This document shows positions 27,967 through 37,575 of a DNA stretch of 64,000 nucleotides, piece by piece; the first letter of the stretch is position 1; each line of letters opens with the position of its first letter. The DNA is taken from the NCBI GenBank assembly GCA_000146465.1, contig CP001945.1; one strand, written 5' to 3'. The notes below the pieces were generated by a model. The model saw only the letters and a list, made by a program, of their open reading frames with translations. It was not told the origin of the DNA and ran no database searches. The translations under genes and the position numbers were made by a program.

Positions 27967-28368
27967 ATGCCGATTCGCTCAAGATTCACCAAGGACGAGA
28001 AAAAGGTTATGAAGTTCATTGATTCGACCGAAGAGATAATAAAGCATATGAACAAGTCCGACTCAAACAAGAGGTCAAGGTTAAAGTTGAGTGGGGAGCA
28101 GATTGATATCCTGGAGTCGAACTTCAAGATCGACAGCCATCCGAACAGTACCACCAAAAGCCTCCTGGCAAATGCCCTGAGCATACCGTTTAAGAACATC
28201 CAGATATGGTTCCAGAATAGAAGGGCCAAGGAGAAGATGGTGAGAGATAGCTCCAAGAGAAGGAATGGAAATACGATAGCTGAGGAAAGGGACCAGGAGC
28301 GGGGTACGGTAAACTACCAGACAATGTGCCCCTTCGACTTTCCTCCTCAGGAGAGGTACTTTCTTTAG
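27967..28368 (+). CDS. homeobox protein (typical 60-aa homeodomain)
   Basis: KRSRLKLSGEQIDILESNFKIDSHPNSTTKSLLANALSIPFKNIQIWFQNRRAKEK, with WFQNRR at canonical positions 48-53. Confidence 0.75.
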   Translation: MPIRSRFTKDEKKVMKFIDSTEEIIKHMNKSDSNKRSRLKLSGEQIDILESNFKIDSHPNSTTKSLLANALSIPFKNIQIWFQNRRAKEKMVRDSSKRRNGNTIAEERDQERGTVNYQTMCPFDFPPQERYFL

Positions 28369-28680
28369 CCCATGGAACATCTGCACTATTGTAATTTAAT
28401 TGTTGCTTCGGTGCCATTTAAAAGGATAGTTAGCACCCAGGTAGCAAAATTTTGTATCCTTGTTCCAGCGGCCGAGAACTACTCTCAAAACGAATTCTAT
28501 TTAAATTTACCGAAGGAATGCCCTGCTTTTTGAGTCGCTCATCTCCAGATGGAGAATGAGTGCTATACAAAGCAAAACCAAGTCCATGTGCTTCTGATCG
28601 ATGAAACACATGTCTACATTTTGGTGTAATCTTTTTTTGTTCGTACTACTGAAAAGTATCTTTAGCCACAGACCCTTAAG

Positions 28681-29550
28681 ATGTTGATTCTGGCCAACAC
28701 CAACAGGGAGATGAGCTTTGAAGTTTCCCGCGTCAACGGAAGAGTTTTTCTTGCGGGGAGTCTGGAGGGAATAGAGTACAAGGGGTCTGAATGGAATTCT
28801 CCTTGCAACTATTATGTGGTTGAGTCTTCGGAAGGGATATTTGAGCTGAACAAGGCCATGGAAGCCAAAGTAATTGTGTTTGAGACAATCTATGAGACAG
28901 GACTACTTCATGAGAAGACGTCTTTCGAAAAGCTAGCCTCCACTTTTGGGAACAGGAAGTTTGCCGAGCATTATAAGAGAAAGGGGATTGAAGGATACTC
29001 CAAGAGATTCTTCACGTCGAAATTTCAGTACAGAGAACAAGTACTGCCTCCTATTGATAAAGAGAAATGGAATCCTGAAGAGAGATTTCCGTTGGAAAAA
29101 ATGTTTCCCCAGGACGTGCTTTCCAGCTTTTTGGAGATAAAGCTAGACACAGTGCTGCTACATCCAGATCTTATGAGTTTGAAGCAGGATGTAAACTACA
29201 AAATACACTTTTTGCTTGCCGACTGTATAATCAAGCTTATGGAGAAGAAGTATGTCACCAGCGATTGCCTGAACGATTCCGGATACTCGAGTTTTTTCGA
29301 GATGATCAAGGATGAGGTGGAAAACAGAATGCTGACTCCTTTGTGCAGAGATAAGCTAGCCATTCTCTGTTACATATTGTTTCTACAAATCGAGGGATCT
29401 TCTGTGAGGTACGAAGTCTTGCCGGACTTTAAGTTTTCCAAAGAGAAAGTCTTGGCTATGTTTAGGGTGATAGGATGCTCGTATATTGCGAAATTAGACA
29501 GTTTCAAGATGAAGGAGAAACAGATGCACCCATCAGATACTAGAAATTAG
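28681..29550 (+). CDS. RPA49: RNA polymerase I subunit A49-like (RPA49)
   Basis: N-terminal LEGIEYKGSEWNSPCNYYVVESSEGIFELNKAMEAKVIV, compared with yeast A49 LEYEGYTDSSSQASNQYVVGLFNPEKKSIQLYKAPVLV. C-terminal KLAILCYILFLQIEG...KEKVLAMFRVIGC, compared with KILCYILAIIMHLD...KVVSLFRVLGA. Confidence 0.55.
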   Translation: MLILANTNREMSFEVSRVNGRVFLAGSLEGIEYKGSEWNSPCNYYVVESSEGIFELNKAMEAKVIVFETIYETGLLHEKTSFEKLASTFGNRKFAEHYKRKGIEGYSKRFFTSKFQYREQVLPPIDKEKWNPEERFPLEKMFPQDVLSSFLEIKLDTVLLHPDLMSLKQDVNYKIHFLLADCIIKLMEKKYVTSDCLNDSGYSSFFEMIKDEVENRMLTPLCRDKLAILCYILFLQIEGSSVRYEVLPDFKFSKEKVLAMFRVIGCSYIAKLDSFKMKEKQMHPSDTRN

Positions 29551-29723
29551 CCTTGAACTTAGAAGACTTAAGATCTGGAGCCAGACACAATATAGGAAAT
29601 GTTCGGGGCTCTACTATTCAGAGGCATACCGTTGATCACGTGTCCCCGTGCATTCAAGGGCTGAATTTGGTGGGGATATGGTTAATCATTAAAAGCCATA
29701 TCTAAACGTTCTGTAGATATTAA

Positions 29724-29732
29724 TTTTTTTTT
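29724..29732 (+). other. T9 homopolymer tract inside a 470-bp non-coding gap
   Basis: taaTTTTTTTTTgtc. The gap has no ORF of 60 aa or more on either strand. This is a possible Pol III terminator or a poly(dA:dT) promoter element. Confidence 0.3.
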
Positions 29733-30020
29733 GTCACTTTCTGATGAAATAGAGCTTGCTAGGGAGATAATGAAGGCTTTGGTGAAGTGAAGCATTTACA
29801 TTTTCCAGTTACCTTATCTATCTCTTATCTCGGATTCTTTGTTTATACTTGTGGAATCTGTTTACTTAAAATCCTAATCCATTTCCCGATGAGCATGGTC
29901 TATTAAGTGATTTGGTACTGTATCGAGACCTCCAGGCACGGAAGATCGGGAATCTTTGCAGGATCCCGAGCTAACTTCATGGAATGGGCTGAAATGTCGC
30001 GTGATCCATATCCCTAAGGA

Positions 30021-30566
30021 ATGAAAAGCGTAGACTTTGAAATGAAGCTTGTAGAAAGGTATGGGACTGGAGTGATTCCAAAGGAAGACATCGAAAGTGT
30101 GTTGAACGAGGCGATCGAGAACAACGTCATAGAGAAGGATGAGGTGGGGAGATGGGAAAAGGATGAAGAGTACACAGTATCGAGATTTCTCAGGACGATA
30201 AGAAAATGGAGAACAGACTTCTTGAAGGACTCATTCAGCATAAATGACATTTCCTGTAAGGACGAGGGTCGTTGCGGAGACAGGTACTTGGATGAAGGAG
30301 AGTTCAAAGGATTGGAGTGCCATGAAGAACCAAACGTCAATGATTCGTTTGTGACAACCGATGAAGCATTTCTCTCCTCTCTTCGGGACAAGACCAAGAT
30401 AATTACATCGCGAAGAAACAACAATGGGAAGAAGATTGTGAGGGAAGTCCTGAGGGCATGGGGGGAATACGAAAAGCTTCCGACAAAAAAGAAGAGCTAC
30501 GGATGGTATTTTCTTGTACTGCTGGTTGTTCCTGTGTACTTCTTGTATGTACAAAAGCCATTTTGA
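30021..30566 (+). CDS. hypothetical tail-anchored membrane protein, 181 aa
   Basis: ATG at 30021, preceded by TCCCTAAGGA. C-terminal WYFLVLLVVPVYFLYV TM segment. Acidic cytosolic part. Confidence 0.4.
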   Translation: MKSVDFEMKLVERYGTGVIPKEDIESVLNEAIENNVIEKDEVGRWEKDEEYTVSRFLRTIRKWRTDFLKDSFSINDISCKDEGRCGDRYLDEGEFKGLECHEEPNVNDSFVTTDEAFLSSLRDKTKIITSRRNNNGKKIVREVLRAWGEYEKLPTKKKSYGWYFLVLLVVPVYFLYVQKPF

Positions 30567-30600
30567 TCTGTATTAAAACTCTATTTTCCGAGGCTTACCC

Positions 30601-31293
30601 ATGTACAATGTTATCATACCAACATACAATGAAAGAGAGAATATCTGCGTTCTGTTGCGAATGGTTTCCGATGTGCTGAGAGAAGAGGGAAAGGCTTTCA
30701 AGATAATTGTTGTGGATGATAGTAGTCCCGATGGGACACATGAAGCAGTAGAATCGCTGGGGCTTCCAAATGTGTGTCTTTTATTGCGGAAGAAGAAGCT
30801 TGGGCTTGGAAGTGCATATAGAGCAGCACTGGAACATTGTGAGCATCCCTTTACAGTTGTAATGGATGGAGATCTGTCACATGATCCTATGTACATCAAG
30901 GATATGATCAGGTTGCAAAAAAAGGGAGCGGATATAGTTGTCGGAAGCAGATATTCCAAAGAAGGGGGGGTGTATGGTTGGTCAATCAAGAGGAAGATCA
31001 TAAGTCTTGGGGCCAACAACCTTGCCCGGACACTCCTCAACATGGATGTGTCGGACCTCACAGGGAGTTTTCGATTGTACAAAACAGAGGTGTTCAAGTT
31101 GCTGGTTAAGGAGTCTGTATCCACGGGCTATTCGTTCCAGATGGAACTGATGTTCCTAGCGAAAAGGCACAATCTTACTATTGCCGAGTGCCCAATAGTT
31201 TTCCACGATAGAAGGAAAGGACAATCCAAACTGTCTGCAATGGAGATGGTGATGTACTTTAAAACAGTGGTCTCTCTGTTTTTCAGTGTTTAA
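30601..31293 (+). CDS. DPM1: dolichol-phosphate mannosyltransferase catalytic subunit (DPM1, GT2)
   Basis: IIPTYNERENI...IIVVDDSSPDGT...VVMDGDLSHDP...GSRY...TGSFRLYK. The ATG at 30601 is directly preceded by CCC. Confidence 0.9.
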   Translation: MYNVIIPTYNERENICVLLRMVSDVLREEGKAFKIIVVDDSSPDGTHEAVESLGLPNVCLLLRKKKLGLGSAYRAALEHCEHPFTVVMDGDLSHDPMYIKDMIRLQKKGADIVVGSRYSKEGGVYGWSIKRKIISLGANNLARTLLNMDVSDLTGSFRLYKTEVFKLLVKESVSTGYSFQMELMFLAKRHNLTIAECPIVFHDRRKGQSKLSAMEMVMYFKTVVSLFFSV

Positions 31294-31350
31294 TTAAATC
31301 TGTGAATTTGCAGAACTTTGGTGTAAGTTATCTTCCATTGGATCCCTTAG

Positions 31351-33522
31351 ATGAGGATATTGAATGTTGCCGAGAAACCTTCTGTTGCAAGATCGATATC
31401 CTCGGTCTTATCGAAGGATCTAAGTGTCAGGAGAGGGCTTCATCAGTACTGTCCAAACATCCAGTTTGACCATGGCAATCAGATGGTCTTCACAAGTGTT
31501 CTGGGACATGTGCTCTCGAGCGACTTTGAGAACAAGAGCCGGTGGGATGAAGTAGATCCAGAGACACTGTTTACAGAAAGGATTGTCAAGTATGTACAGC
31601 CGGAGTTTATAAAGGTTAAGGAAAATATAGAAAGAGAGGCGTTGAAATGCGACATGGTTGTGATTTGGACTGACTGTGATAGAGAAGGGGAAAACATTGG
31701 AAGGCAGATAAGAGACATTGTCCTTGGGGTGAAGAAGGTTGAAGTGAAGCGGGCAAGATTTTCTGGGATCACTCTCCGGGACATAGAGGGAGCATTGGGA
31801 AACCTAGGGGAAATAAACGAAGCAGAGGCAGAGGCGGTCGAAGTACGCATGGAATTGGATCTTAGAATAGGATCGGCGTTTACTAGGCTGCAGACCTTGT
31901 CACTGGGCAGGACGATACAGGAGAAAAGGGTACTAAGCTTTGGGCCGTGCCAGGTACCTACATTGGGATTTGTGGTTGAGAGGGCAAGGGAAAGGGAGAG
32001 CTTTGTCCCTGAGATGTTCTGGACTCTAATGTTTAAGACTAAAAGTAAGAAACTTGGAGATGAATTTACGTGGAGAAGAGGATCTGTCTTTGATAAGAAC
32101 TGTGTTATATGTTTCCATAGAAGCTTGTCTGGAGAAAGTGCTAGGATAGTGTTAAAAGAAGTGAGAGAAAGAACCAAATACAAGCCGCTTCCTCTTAGAA
32201 CTGTTGAGCTTCAGAAGAAATGTTCATCGTACTTCAAGCTAAGTGGACACAAGGTGATGGAGATTGCAGAGGGGCTGTACAACAAAGGATATATAAGCTA
32301 TCCCAGGACAGAGACAGATGCATTCGATAGGAAGTTTGACTTCAAGTACATATTGGGTAAGTTATGTAAGGATTCGAAGGTAGGTGAGCATGCTGAGAAG
32401 TTGATTGGGGGGTTTGATTATCCGCGGAATGGAAGAAACAATGACATGGCACATTCTCCAATATATCCACTAAAAGAAGGGACAGGACTTTCAGGAAAGG
32501 ATAGAGATATCTATGACTTTATTTGTAGAAGGTTTCTTGGATGTATATCAAAGGATGCCAAGGGCCTTGAGACACGGTATGAACTGAAGATTGGATCTGA
32601 GATGTTTGATCTGAAGGGGATAAGGGTGGTCGAAAAGAACTATCTGGAGGTGTATTACTATGATAAGTGGGATGATAAAGAAGTCAGTGACTTTCAGATG
32701 GGAGAGATGGTTTCGGGGGATCTTTGTATCTCGGAGGGCAAGACAACACCTCCAAACTATCTTACCGAGGCCGAACTGATAAGCCTGATGGATAAGAATG
32801 GAATAGGAACAGATGCAACGATACATGAGCATATTCAAAAGATTCAAGAGAGAGGATATGCAATCAAGGTTGGAGAAGAAATAAGGCCTCTGGAGCTTGG
32901 GGCAGCTCTTATTGGAGGATATGAAAGGTTTGGATTGAATGTTGGCAAGCCTGAGCTTCGGAAGAGCCTAGAAGGTAATCTCAAGAAGATATCGGAGGGC
33001 CGGATGAGTGGAAGAGAAGTAGTGAAGGAGGGAATTATAGCCTATAGAGACATATATGCCCTCCTTAAAAGAAATATCGAGGAATTTGTCTGTATTCTTA
33101 GACAGGGTATTGAAAATGATACAAAGCGGCTGGGAGTGGAGAAGAGAAAAAAGGCGGAAAGGGCAGAACAAGGAAAGACAAAAGCAGAGGGTTTCAAGGG
33201 TCTCAACCCAAAGAAAGCTCTGAACAAAGAAGGAGAAAAGAAAAGAGTGGAATGTGATTGTAAAGACGAAGCCAAGGTGCTGAAGGTAAAGAAGGGAGAC
33301 AATACTGGAAAGGAGTTCTATTGTTGTGGAAAGACAGCAAAAAGATGTTATTTTTTCCAGTGGTGTGACAAGGAGGAAACCAAGAGAGACGAGGAGCTGA
33401 AATGCTTCTGCGGGTTTGAGCCCCAATTGCTTGTAGCAAACACAGAAAACAATAAAGGAAGGAAGTTCTTCAAGTGCAAGAAAGCATACAAGCCATGTAA
33501 GTTCTTCCAATGGGAGGAATGA
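31351..33522 (+). CDS. TOP3: DNA topoisomerase III (type IA) with C-terminal GRF-type zinc fingers
   Basis: Toprim MRILNVAEKPSVARSIS...VFTSVLGHVL. Active-site GYISYPRTETD. C-terminal C4 repeats CCGKTAKRCYFFQW and FFKCKKAYKPCKFFQWEE. Confidence 0.9.
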   Translation: MRILNVAEKPSVARSISSVLSKDLSVRRGLHQYCPNIQFDHGNQMVFTSVLGHVLSSDFENKSRWDEVDPETLFTERIVKYVQPEFIKVKENIEREALKCDMVVIWTDCDREGENIGRQIRDIVLGVKKVEVKRARFSGITLRDIEGALGNLGEINEAEAEAVEVRMELDLRIGSAFTRLQTLSLGRTIQEKRVLSFGPCQVPTLGFVVERARERESFVPEMFWTLMFKTKSKKLGDEFTWRRGSVFDKNCVICFHRSLSGESARIVLKEVRERTKYKPLPLRTVELQKKCSSYFKLSGHKVMEIAEGLYNKGYISYPRTETDAFDRKFDFKYILGKLCKDSKVGEHAEKLIGGFDYPRNGRNNDMAHSPIYPLKEGTGLSGKDRDIYDFICRRFLGCISKDAKGLETRYELKIGSEMFDLKGIRVVEKNYLEVYYYDKWDDKEVSDFQMGEMVSGDLCISEGKTTPPNYLTEAELISLMDKNGIGTDATIHEHIQKIQERGYAIKVGEEIRPLELGAALIGGYERFGLNVGKPELRKSLEGNLKKISEGRMSGREVVKEGIIAYRDIYALLKRNIEEFVCILRQGIENDTKRLGVEKRKKAERAEQGKTKAEGFKGLNPKKALNKEGEKKRVECDCKDEAKVLKVKKGDNTGKEFYCCGKTAKRCYFFQWCDKEETKRDEELKCFCGFEPQLLVANTENNKGRKFFKCKKAYKPCKFFQWEE

Positions 33523-33614
33523 AGGAGATCTCCTTTAAGAGGGGAAGTCCCCTTTTAAGGTTTGATTCAAGGAACAGGTTCTCCTTTTAAAATATAAAAT
33601 CTCTCTTTTGGAAG

Positions 33615-33962
33615 ATGGGAATGGTTGAAGAGAGCAGTGTGGCAGAACCAGTTCCACAGGCAAAGCCTCAACAAGAAATAGAGAGAAAAGGGTCTTTTCC
33701 AGAGAATGAAGTATCCAAGGACATGCCGGTGGTCAAGTTGAAGGACATTATGATGTATGCAGAAAACATGGAAGGGATGGAAAACAAGAAGTTGATTCCC
33801 TATGTAGTCTACTTGGACGAGCAGTTCAAGGAAATTGTCCAGAGAAGGAGAAAGGATGCAAAGGTAGTTCTTATACTCTACATAACTATTATGTCTATCT
33901 TTGTTATTGGGCTAATTGTATGTGGAGTAAAGCTCTTTGGGTATTTGATGGGATGGGAGTGA
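33615..33962 (+). CDS. small tail-anchored protein, 115 aa; possible SNARE-like
   Basis: Helical cytosolic segment followed by RRRKDAKVVLILYITIMSIFVIGLIVCGVKLFGY. The SNARE assignment is speculative. Confidence 0.3.
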   Translation: MGMVEESSVAEPVPQAKPQQEIERKGSFPENEVSKDMPVVKLKDIMMYAENMEGMENKKLIPYVVYLDEQFKEIVQRRRKDAKVVLILYITIMSIFVIGLIVCGVKLFGYLMGWE

Positions 33963-34044
33963 GTTTGAGTTTTGAGGATTCTCTGGTATCCAAATATGGT
34001 ATTAAATGGATTTATGTTGAGTTGTTTGTTAGAAGGTAGCCCTG

Positions 34045-35070
34045 ATGTATGTTGCAGGAGATACCATTACGGCTGTTATTGATATAGGCAGTGAAACAGC
34101 CAAGATTGGATATTCGGATACGCTCTTACCGATGATATTCTGTCCTAGCATATCATGGAAGAACGAGTACATATCCCCGGTGACTAGGTCGGTTGTAAGC
34201 GATGTGGGATCGTATCTTAGGATTCTATGCGACAATGCGCCACGGGATGCACAATCACTGGTGATTTCAGAGAACACGATGGAAGCAGGAGGAACAAAGA
34301 GGGAGATTCTGGGGTATCTTATGGAGAGACGAATGTGTGAATCAGTGTTGTTTGTCAGGAGTGGAATCCTGGATGCCTTTTCATATGGAAAAACAACAGG
34401 AGTGGTTGTTAGTCTTGGAGGAGGATCGAGCCAAGTTTGTAGTGTTGTTGATGGGCTCATCACTTGCCGGAGACGGCTGGATGTTGGGGGGAACGACCTG
34501 ACACAGGACTTTAGAAGAGGGATGGAAGAATGCGGGATTGATTTAAGGAAGTTTATTGGTGTGAATGATGGTGGATCTTGGTGTGAAAGGAAGATTGAGT
34601 TTGAGAAAAACGAATTTTGCCGATATGTTAAAGAAGCAGTTCTGAGTTTTCGGAGCGAGGAAACAGACAGAAGATATGAGTTTCCGAATGGAGAGACGGT
34701 TGAGATGGAGGACTGGTGTAACAGAATTTCAAAAAGGCTGAAGGAGGTTGTAAAGCTGATTGTTGAGGTTACTGAATTGAATGCAATGGAAGTGAGGTCT
34801 ACGCTGAGCAGTAACATATTGGTTGGGGGAGGATGCGGAGAAATAAGAGGAATGGAGAGTTTTATTTGCGAAGAGCTTGGGAAGGAGCGGCCGCGATGGA
34901 AAGTGAAGGTGAACGTTGAAAGGAGCCGGTTTAGTACGTTTGAAGGGGGTTCTGTGATTGGATCTATGGGGAGTGCAAAAAGCTTCCACATTGGAATCAA
35001 GGACTATGAAGAGTACGGAGAAGGAATTCTAGACAGAAAGAAATGCGAATGGATTGTGGAGACTGTATGA
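34045..35070 (+). CDS. actin-related protein (short ARP, 341 aa)
   Basis: Actin-fold N-terminus VIDIGSETAKIGYS (compared with actin VxDNGSGxxKAGFAGDD) and a later LVGGG-type motif (NILVGGGCGEIRGMESF). The fully overlapping 323-aa minus-strand ORF was rejected. Confidence 0.6.
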   Translation: MYVAGDTITAVIDIGSETAKIGYSDTLLPMIFCPSISWKNEYISPVTRSVVSDVGSYLRILCDNAPRDAQSLVISENTMEAGGTKREILGYLMERRMCESVLFVRSGILDAFSYGKTTGVVVSLGGGSSQVCSVVDGLITCRRRLDVGGNDLTQDFRRGMEECGIDLRKFIGVNDGGSWCERKIEFEKNEFCRYVKEAVLSFRSEETDRRYEFPNGETVEMEDWCNRISKRLKEVVKLIVEVTELNAMEVRSTLSSNILVGGGCGEIRGMESFICEELGKERPRWKVKVNVERSRFSTFEGGSVIGSMGSAKSFHIGIKDYEEYGEGILDRKKCEWIVETV

Positions 35071-35151
35071 TTTGAATGAATAAAGCATGAGCTATCTAGG
35101 GTTTTAACCTCTGTTTTTAGACTCTAAAAAATATAAAAACTTTTTCATCCA

Positions 35152-35158
35152 GGGCCCC
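35152..35158 (+). promoter_or_regulatory. GGGCCCC motif 5 nt upstream of the EF-1alpha ATG, preceded by an A/T-rich stretch
   Basis: aaaaaatataaaaactttttcatccaGGGCCCCtacaATG. Confidence 0.4.
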
Positions 35159-35162
35159 TACA

Positions 35163-36584
35163 ATGGCTACAAAGATTGAGAACGATGTCAAACCACGTTT
35201 GAATGTTTGTTTTATCGGACACGTAGACTCTGGAAAGAGCACTACGGTGGGAATGCTTGCCTATCAGTTAGGAGCGGTTGACAAGAGAGAAATGGAGAAG
35301 TATGAGAAGGAGGCAGCTCTCAACAACAAGGAGTCGTTCTATCTTGCATACTTAACCGACAAGACCGAGGCAGAAAGAAAGAGAGGAATTACAATCACAA
35401 CCACTCTTATTGCTCTCTCTACAGAGAAGTTCGATATCAACGTTCTTGATTGCCCCGGGCACAAGGACTTTGTGAAGAACATGGTGGCAGGAGCATCGCA
35501 GGCAGATGTGGCAGTAGTGATTGTTCCAGCATCTGGATTTGAGTCCTGTGTTGGGGTTGGAGGGATGTTGAAGACACACATTATGATTTCAGGGATTCTC
35601 GGATGCGAGAAGCTGATTATATGTGTCAACAAGATGGACGAGATTGCCGAGGACAAGAGGAGGATGGAGAAGTTCAAGGAGGTATCTGATGAGATGCGTA
35701 GAATTGTCAAGAGGTGCCACAGAGATTCAAACCCTATTGTCCTGCCTATATCTGCGTACAAGGGAATCAACCTGACGAAGAAGGGAGAACACTTCAACTG
35801 GTTCAGTGGATGGAAAGAGAAGGAAGGATCGGAGGTGATACACACTCTTGAGGAGGCTCTGGATTACCAGAAGGTACCTGAGAGACACAACGACAAGCCT
35901 TTAAGAATGCCGATCACCAAAGTTTGCTCTATTGCAGGAATTGGTAAGATTTTCACAGGGCGTGTGGAGTACGGAACCATCACACCAAATCTTAAGATTA
36001 CAATTCAGCCGGCAGGAGTGGTGGGAGAGACCAGGTCTGTGGAGATCCACAACAAGCCAAGGCCCATGATTCCATGTGGAGAGAACTGTGGAGTTGCTCT
36101 CAAGGGAGGAGTTGTTGGGGAAATCGACAAAGTGGATGCAGGACACGTGATTTCGGCCAACGATGAGAACAAGGCCATAGCATATCCTGGGGCAAAGATC
36201 AGAACAATTGTTGTTGCCAGGCCAAAGGGATTGTCGGTAGGATATACTCCACAGATCAACTTTGGAAACTGCCACTCTCCAGGAAGGATTGCCAAGATTA
36301 TTTCAAGAGTAGTTGGTGGAAAGGAAGTACAGGAGAACCTTGAAAACATTGGAAATGGACAGACGTTTATTGGAGTTGTTGTTTTCCAGAAGCCGTTGGT
36401 TGTCGATAGGATGGACAAGTTCCAGAACCTGGCAAAGTTTGCACTTATGGACAGTAACGGGGTTGTGGGAATTGGAAATGTCATGGAGCCTCTTACCAAA
36501 GACCAGCTTCTCAAGGAGTACGGGATTGACATAAATGAAGATCCCAAGGCAGCAAAAAAGGCAGCCGGTAAGAAGAAAGCATAA
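35163..36584 (+). CDS. TEF1: translation elongation factor 1-alpha (divergent)
   Basis: IGHVDSGKST, DCPGHKDF, NKMD G-motifs. No N-terminal extension, which argues against eRF3/HBS1. The lysine-rich C-terminus KAAKKAAGKKKA is typical of EF-1alpha. Confidence 0.7.
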   Translation: MATKIENDVKPRLNVCFIGHVDSGKSTTVGMLAYQLGAVDKREMEKYEKEAALNNKESFYLAYLTDKTEAERKRGITITTTLIALSTEKFDINVLDCPGHKDFVKNMVAGASQADVAVVIVPASGFESCVGVGGMLKTHIMISGILGCEKLIICVNKMDEIAEDKRRMEKFKEVSDEMRRIVKRCHRDSNPIVLPISAYKGINLTKKGEHFNWFSGWKEKEGSEVIHTLEEALDYQKVPERHNDKPLRMPITKVCSIAGIGKIFTGRVEYGTITPNLKITIQPAGVVGETRSVEIHNKPRPMIPCGENCGVALKGGVVGEIDKVDAGHVISANDENKAIAYPGAKIRTIVVARPKGLSVGYTPQINFGNCHSPGRIAKIISRVVGGKEVQENLENIGNGQTFIGVVVFQKPLVVDRMDKFQNLAKFALMDSNGVVGIGNVMEPLTKDQLLKEYGIDINEDPKAAKKAAGKKKA

Positions 36585-36636
36585 GTAATCTTTCTTCCAA
36601 AAGAAGTATCTTTATTAAACTTCTTTTATTAATTTC

Positions 36637-37527
36637 TTATATTCTTTTTAGTGCTTTTGTAAGGAAATGGTTCATCTCCCGTCGGCCTTTGCTAAGGAAA
36701 GCCTCCATTTCAACCTTCTTGCCTGTCTTCTTAAGAAGCAACGGGTCATTGGTAAAACATTCGAACTCCATAAGTCTGTCAACCATCTTCAGGTCGTATT
36801 TATTCAGGCCTGCAAGGCCGTCCTGATGGATCCTCTTGTCTAGGATGTCTTCTGCACAGACGCCAATCCGCACAATAGTTTCAACTCTTGTCTCTGGAGC
36901 CTCTCTACTCCCATACTTATAGACACAAAAGATGTGAATACCAAAGGGATCAAAGTCAAAGAGTCCTCCAATGGCTGTCTTGTGTTCTATCATCTTCAAC
37001 AATAGCATAGTGTTCTTGCATGGATATCCTCTCCCACACACAAGTAGCACACCTTCAAGATATCTTTCCCTTTCAATTCCAGATGCTATTCTTTGTAATA
37101 TTGTATCTTTTTCAACAACCAAAACCCTCTCGTAACTGCAGAACACCTCAACTATGCCCTCCATGTCTGGAATAAGCTGTGGGTTGTTCCTACATGAGGA
37201 CATCTCTATTATGTCTGGGCCCTTAACAAAAGCTAGCTTTCCGATAAAGGTTCCTTTGAGAGTATTTCTTATTCTAAGATCGCTTTTTGAAACTCGAAGC
37301 TCTGAGGCGATGGTAGATATCAACCTTTTGACAGCAGTCTGACTTTTGAATATATTCACAGCCATGTAAAAGATTTCTCTTTCATTTCTGGTGATTCCTA
37401 GTTCTTGCATCTCCATGATTATCTCATGGAGCCTTATCCTCATTACAAGAGTTCTCGACTTCAGCTCTGTCAGGAGCTTTAGTGCATTGTGCTTTAGCGA
37501 TGTGGATATCTCAGAAGAAAAGGCCAT
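36637..37527 (-). CDS. SPO11: SPO11 / topoisomerase VI subunit A-like meiotic DSB transesterase (compact, 296 aa)
   Basis: Catalytic-Tyr motif REIFYM (compared with RDIFY/RDIYY). LVVEKDTILQRI (metal-binding Glu, compared with VEKDAVF). Toprim LLVCGRGYPCKNTMLLL and DFDPFG (DxD, compared with DADPHG). KYGS. Confidence 0.8.
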   Translation of the reverse strand: MAFSSEISTSLKHNALKLLTELKSRTLVMRIRLHEIIMEMQELGITRNEREIFYMAVNIFKSQTAVKRLISTIASELRVSKSDLRIRNTLKGTFIGKLAFVKGPDIIEMSSCRNNPQLIPDMEGIVEVFCSYERVLVVEKDTILQRIASGIERERYLEGVLLVCGRGYPCKNTMLLLKMIEHKTAIGGLFDFDPFGIHIFCVYKYGSREAPETRVETIVRIGVCAEDILDKRIHQDGLAGLNKYDLKMVDRLMEFECFTNDPLLLKKTGKKVEMEAFLSKGRREMNHFLTKALKRI

Positions 37528-37575
37528 TCTATCGCCAAAGCATAAACCCAGAATAACGAATCCCTGGGATATTGC

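Noticed and set aside
29600-29700. snRNA identity (U1, U2, U4, U5 or U6) for the long spacer at 29551-30020
   Set aside because: By eye I could not find the ACAGAGA/AGC (U6), GTAGTA branch-binding (U2), ACTTACC (U1) or Sm-site consensus boxes. It is kept only as an unspecified ncRNA candidate in the findings.
34029-35000. 323-aa minus-strand ORF fully overlapping the actin-related protein gene
   Set aside because: The plus-strand frame has actin-fold motifs, while the minus frame is P/S/T-rich low complexity. Only one can be coding.
36005-36547. 180-aa minus ORF and 35339-35845 168-aa minus ORF within the EF-1alpha gene
   Set aside because: They are antisense to a strongly conserved EF-1alpha reading frame.
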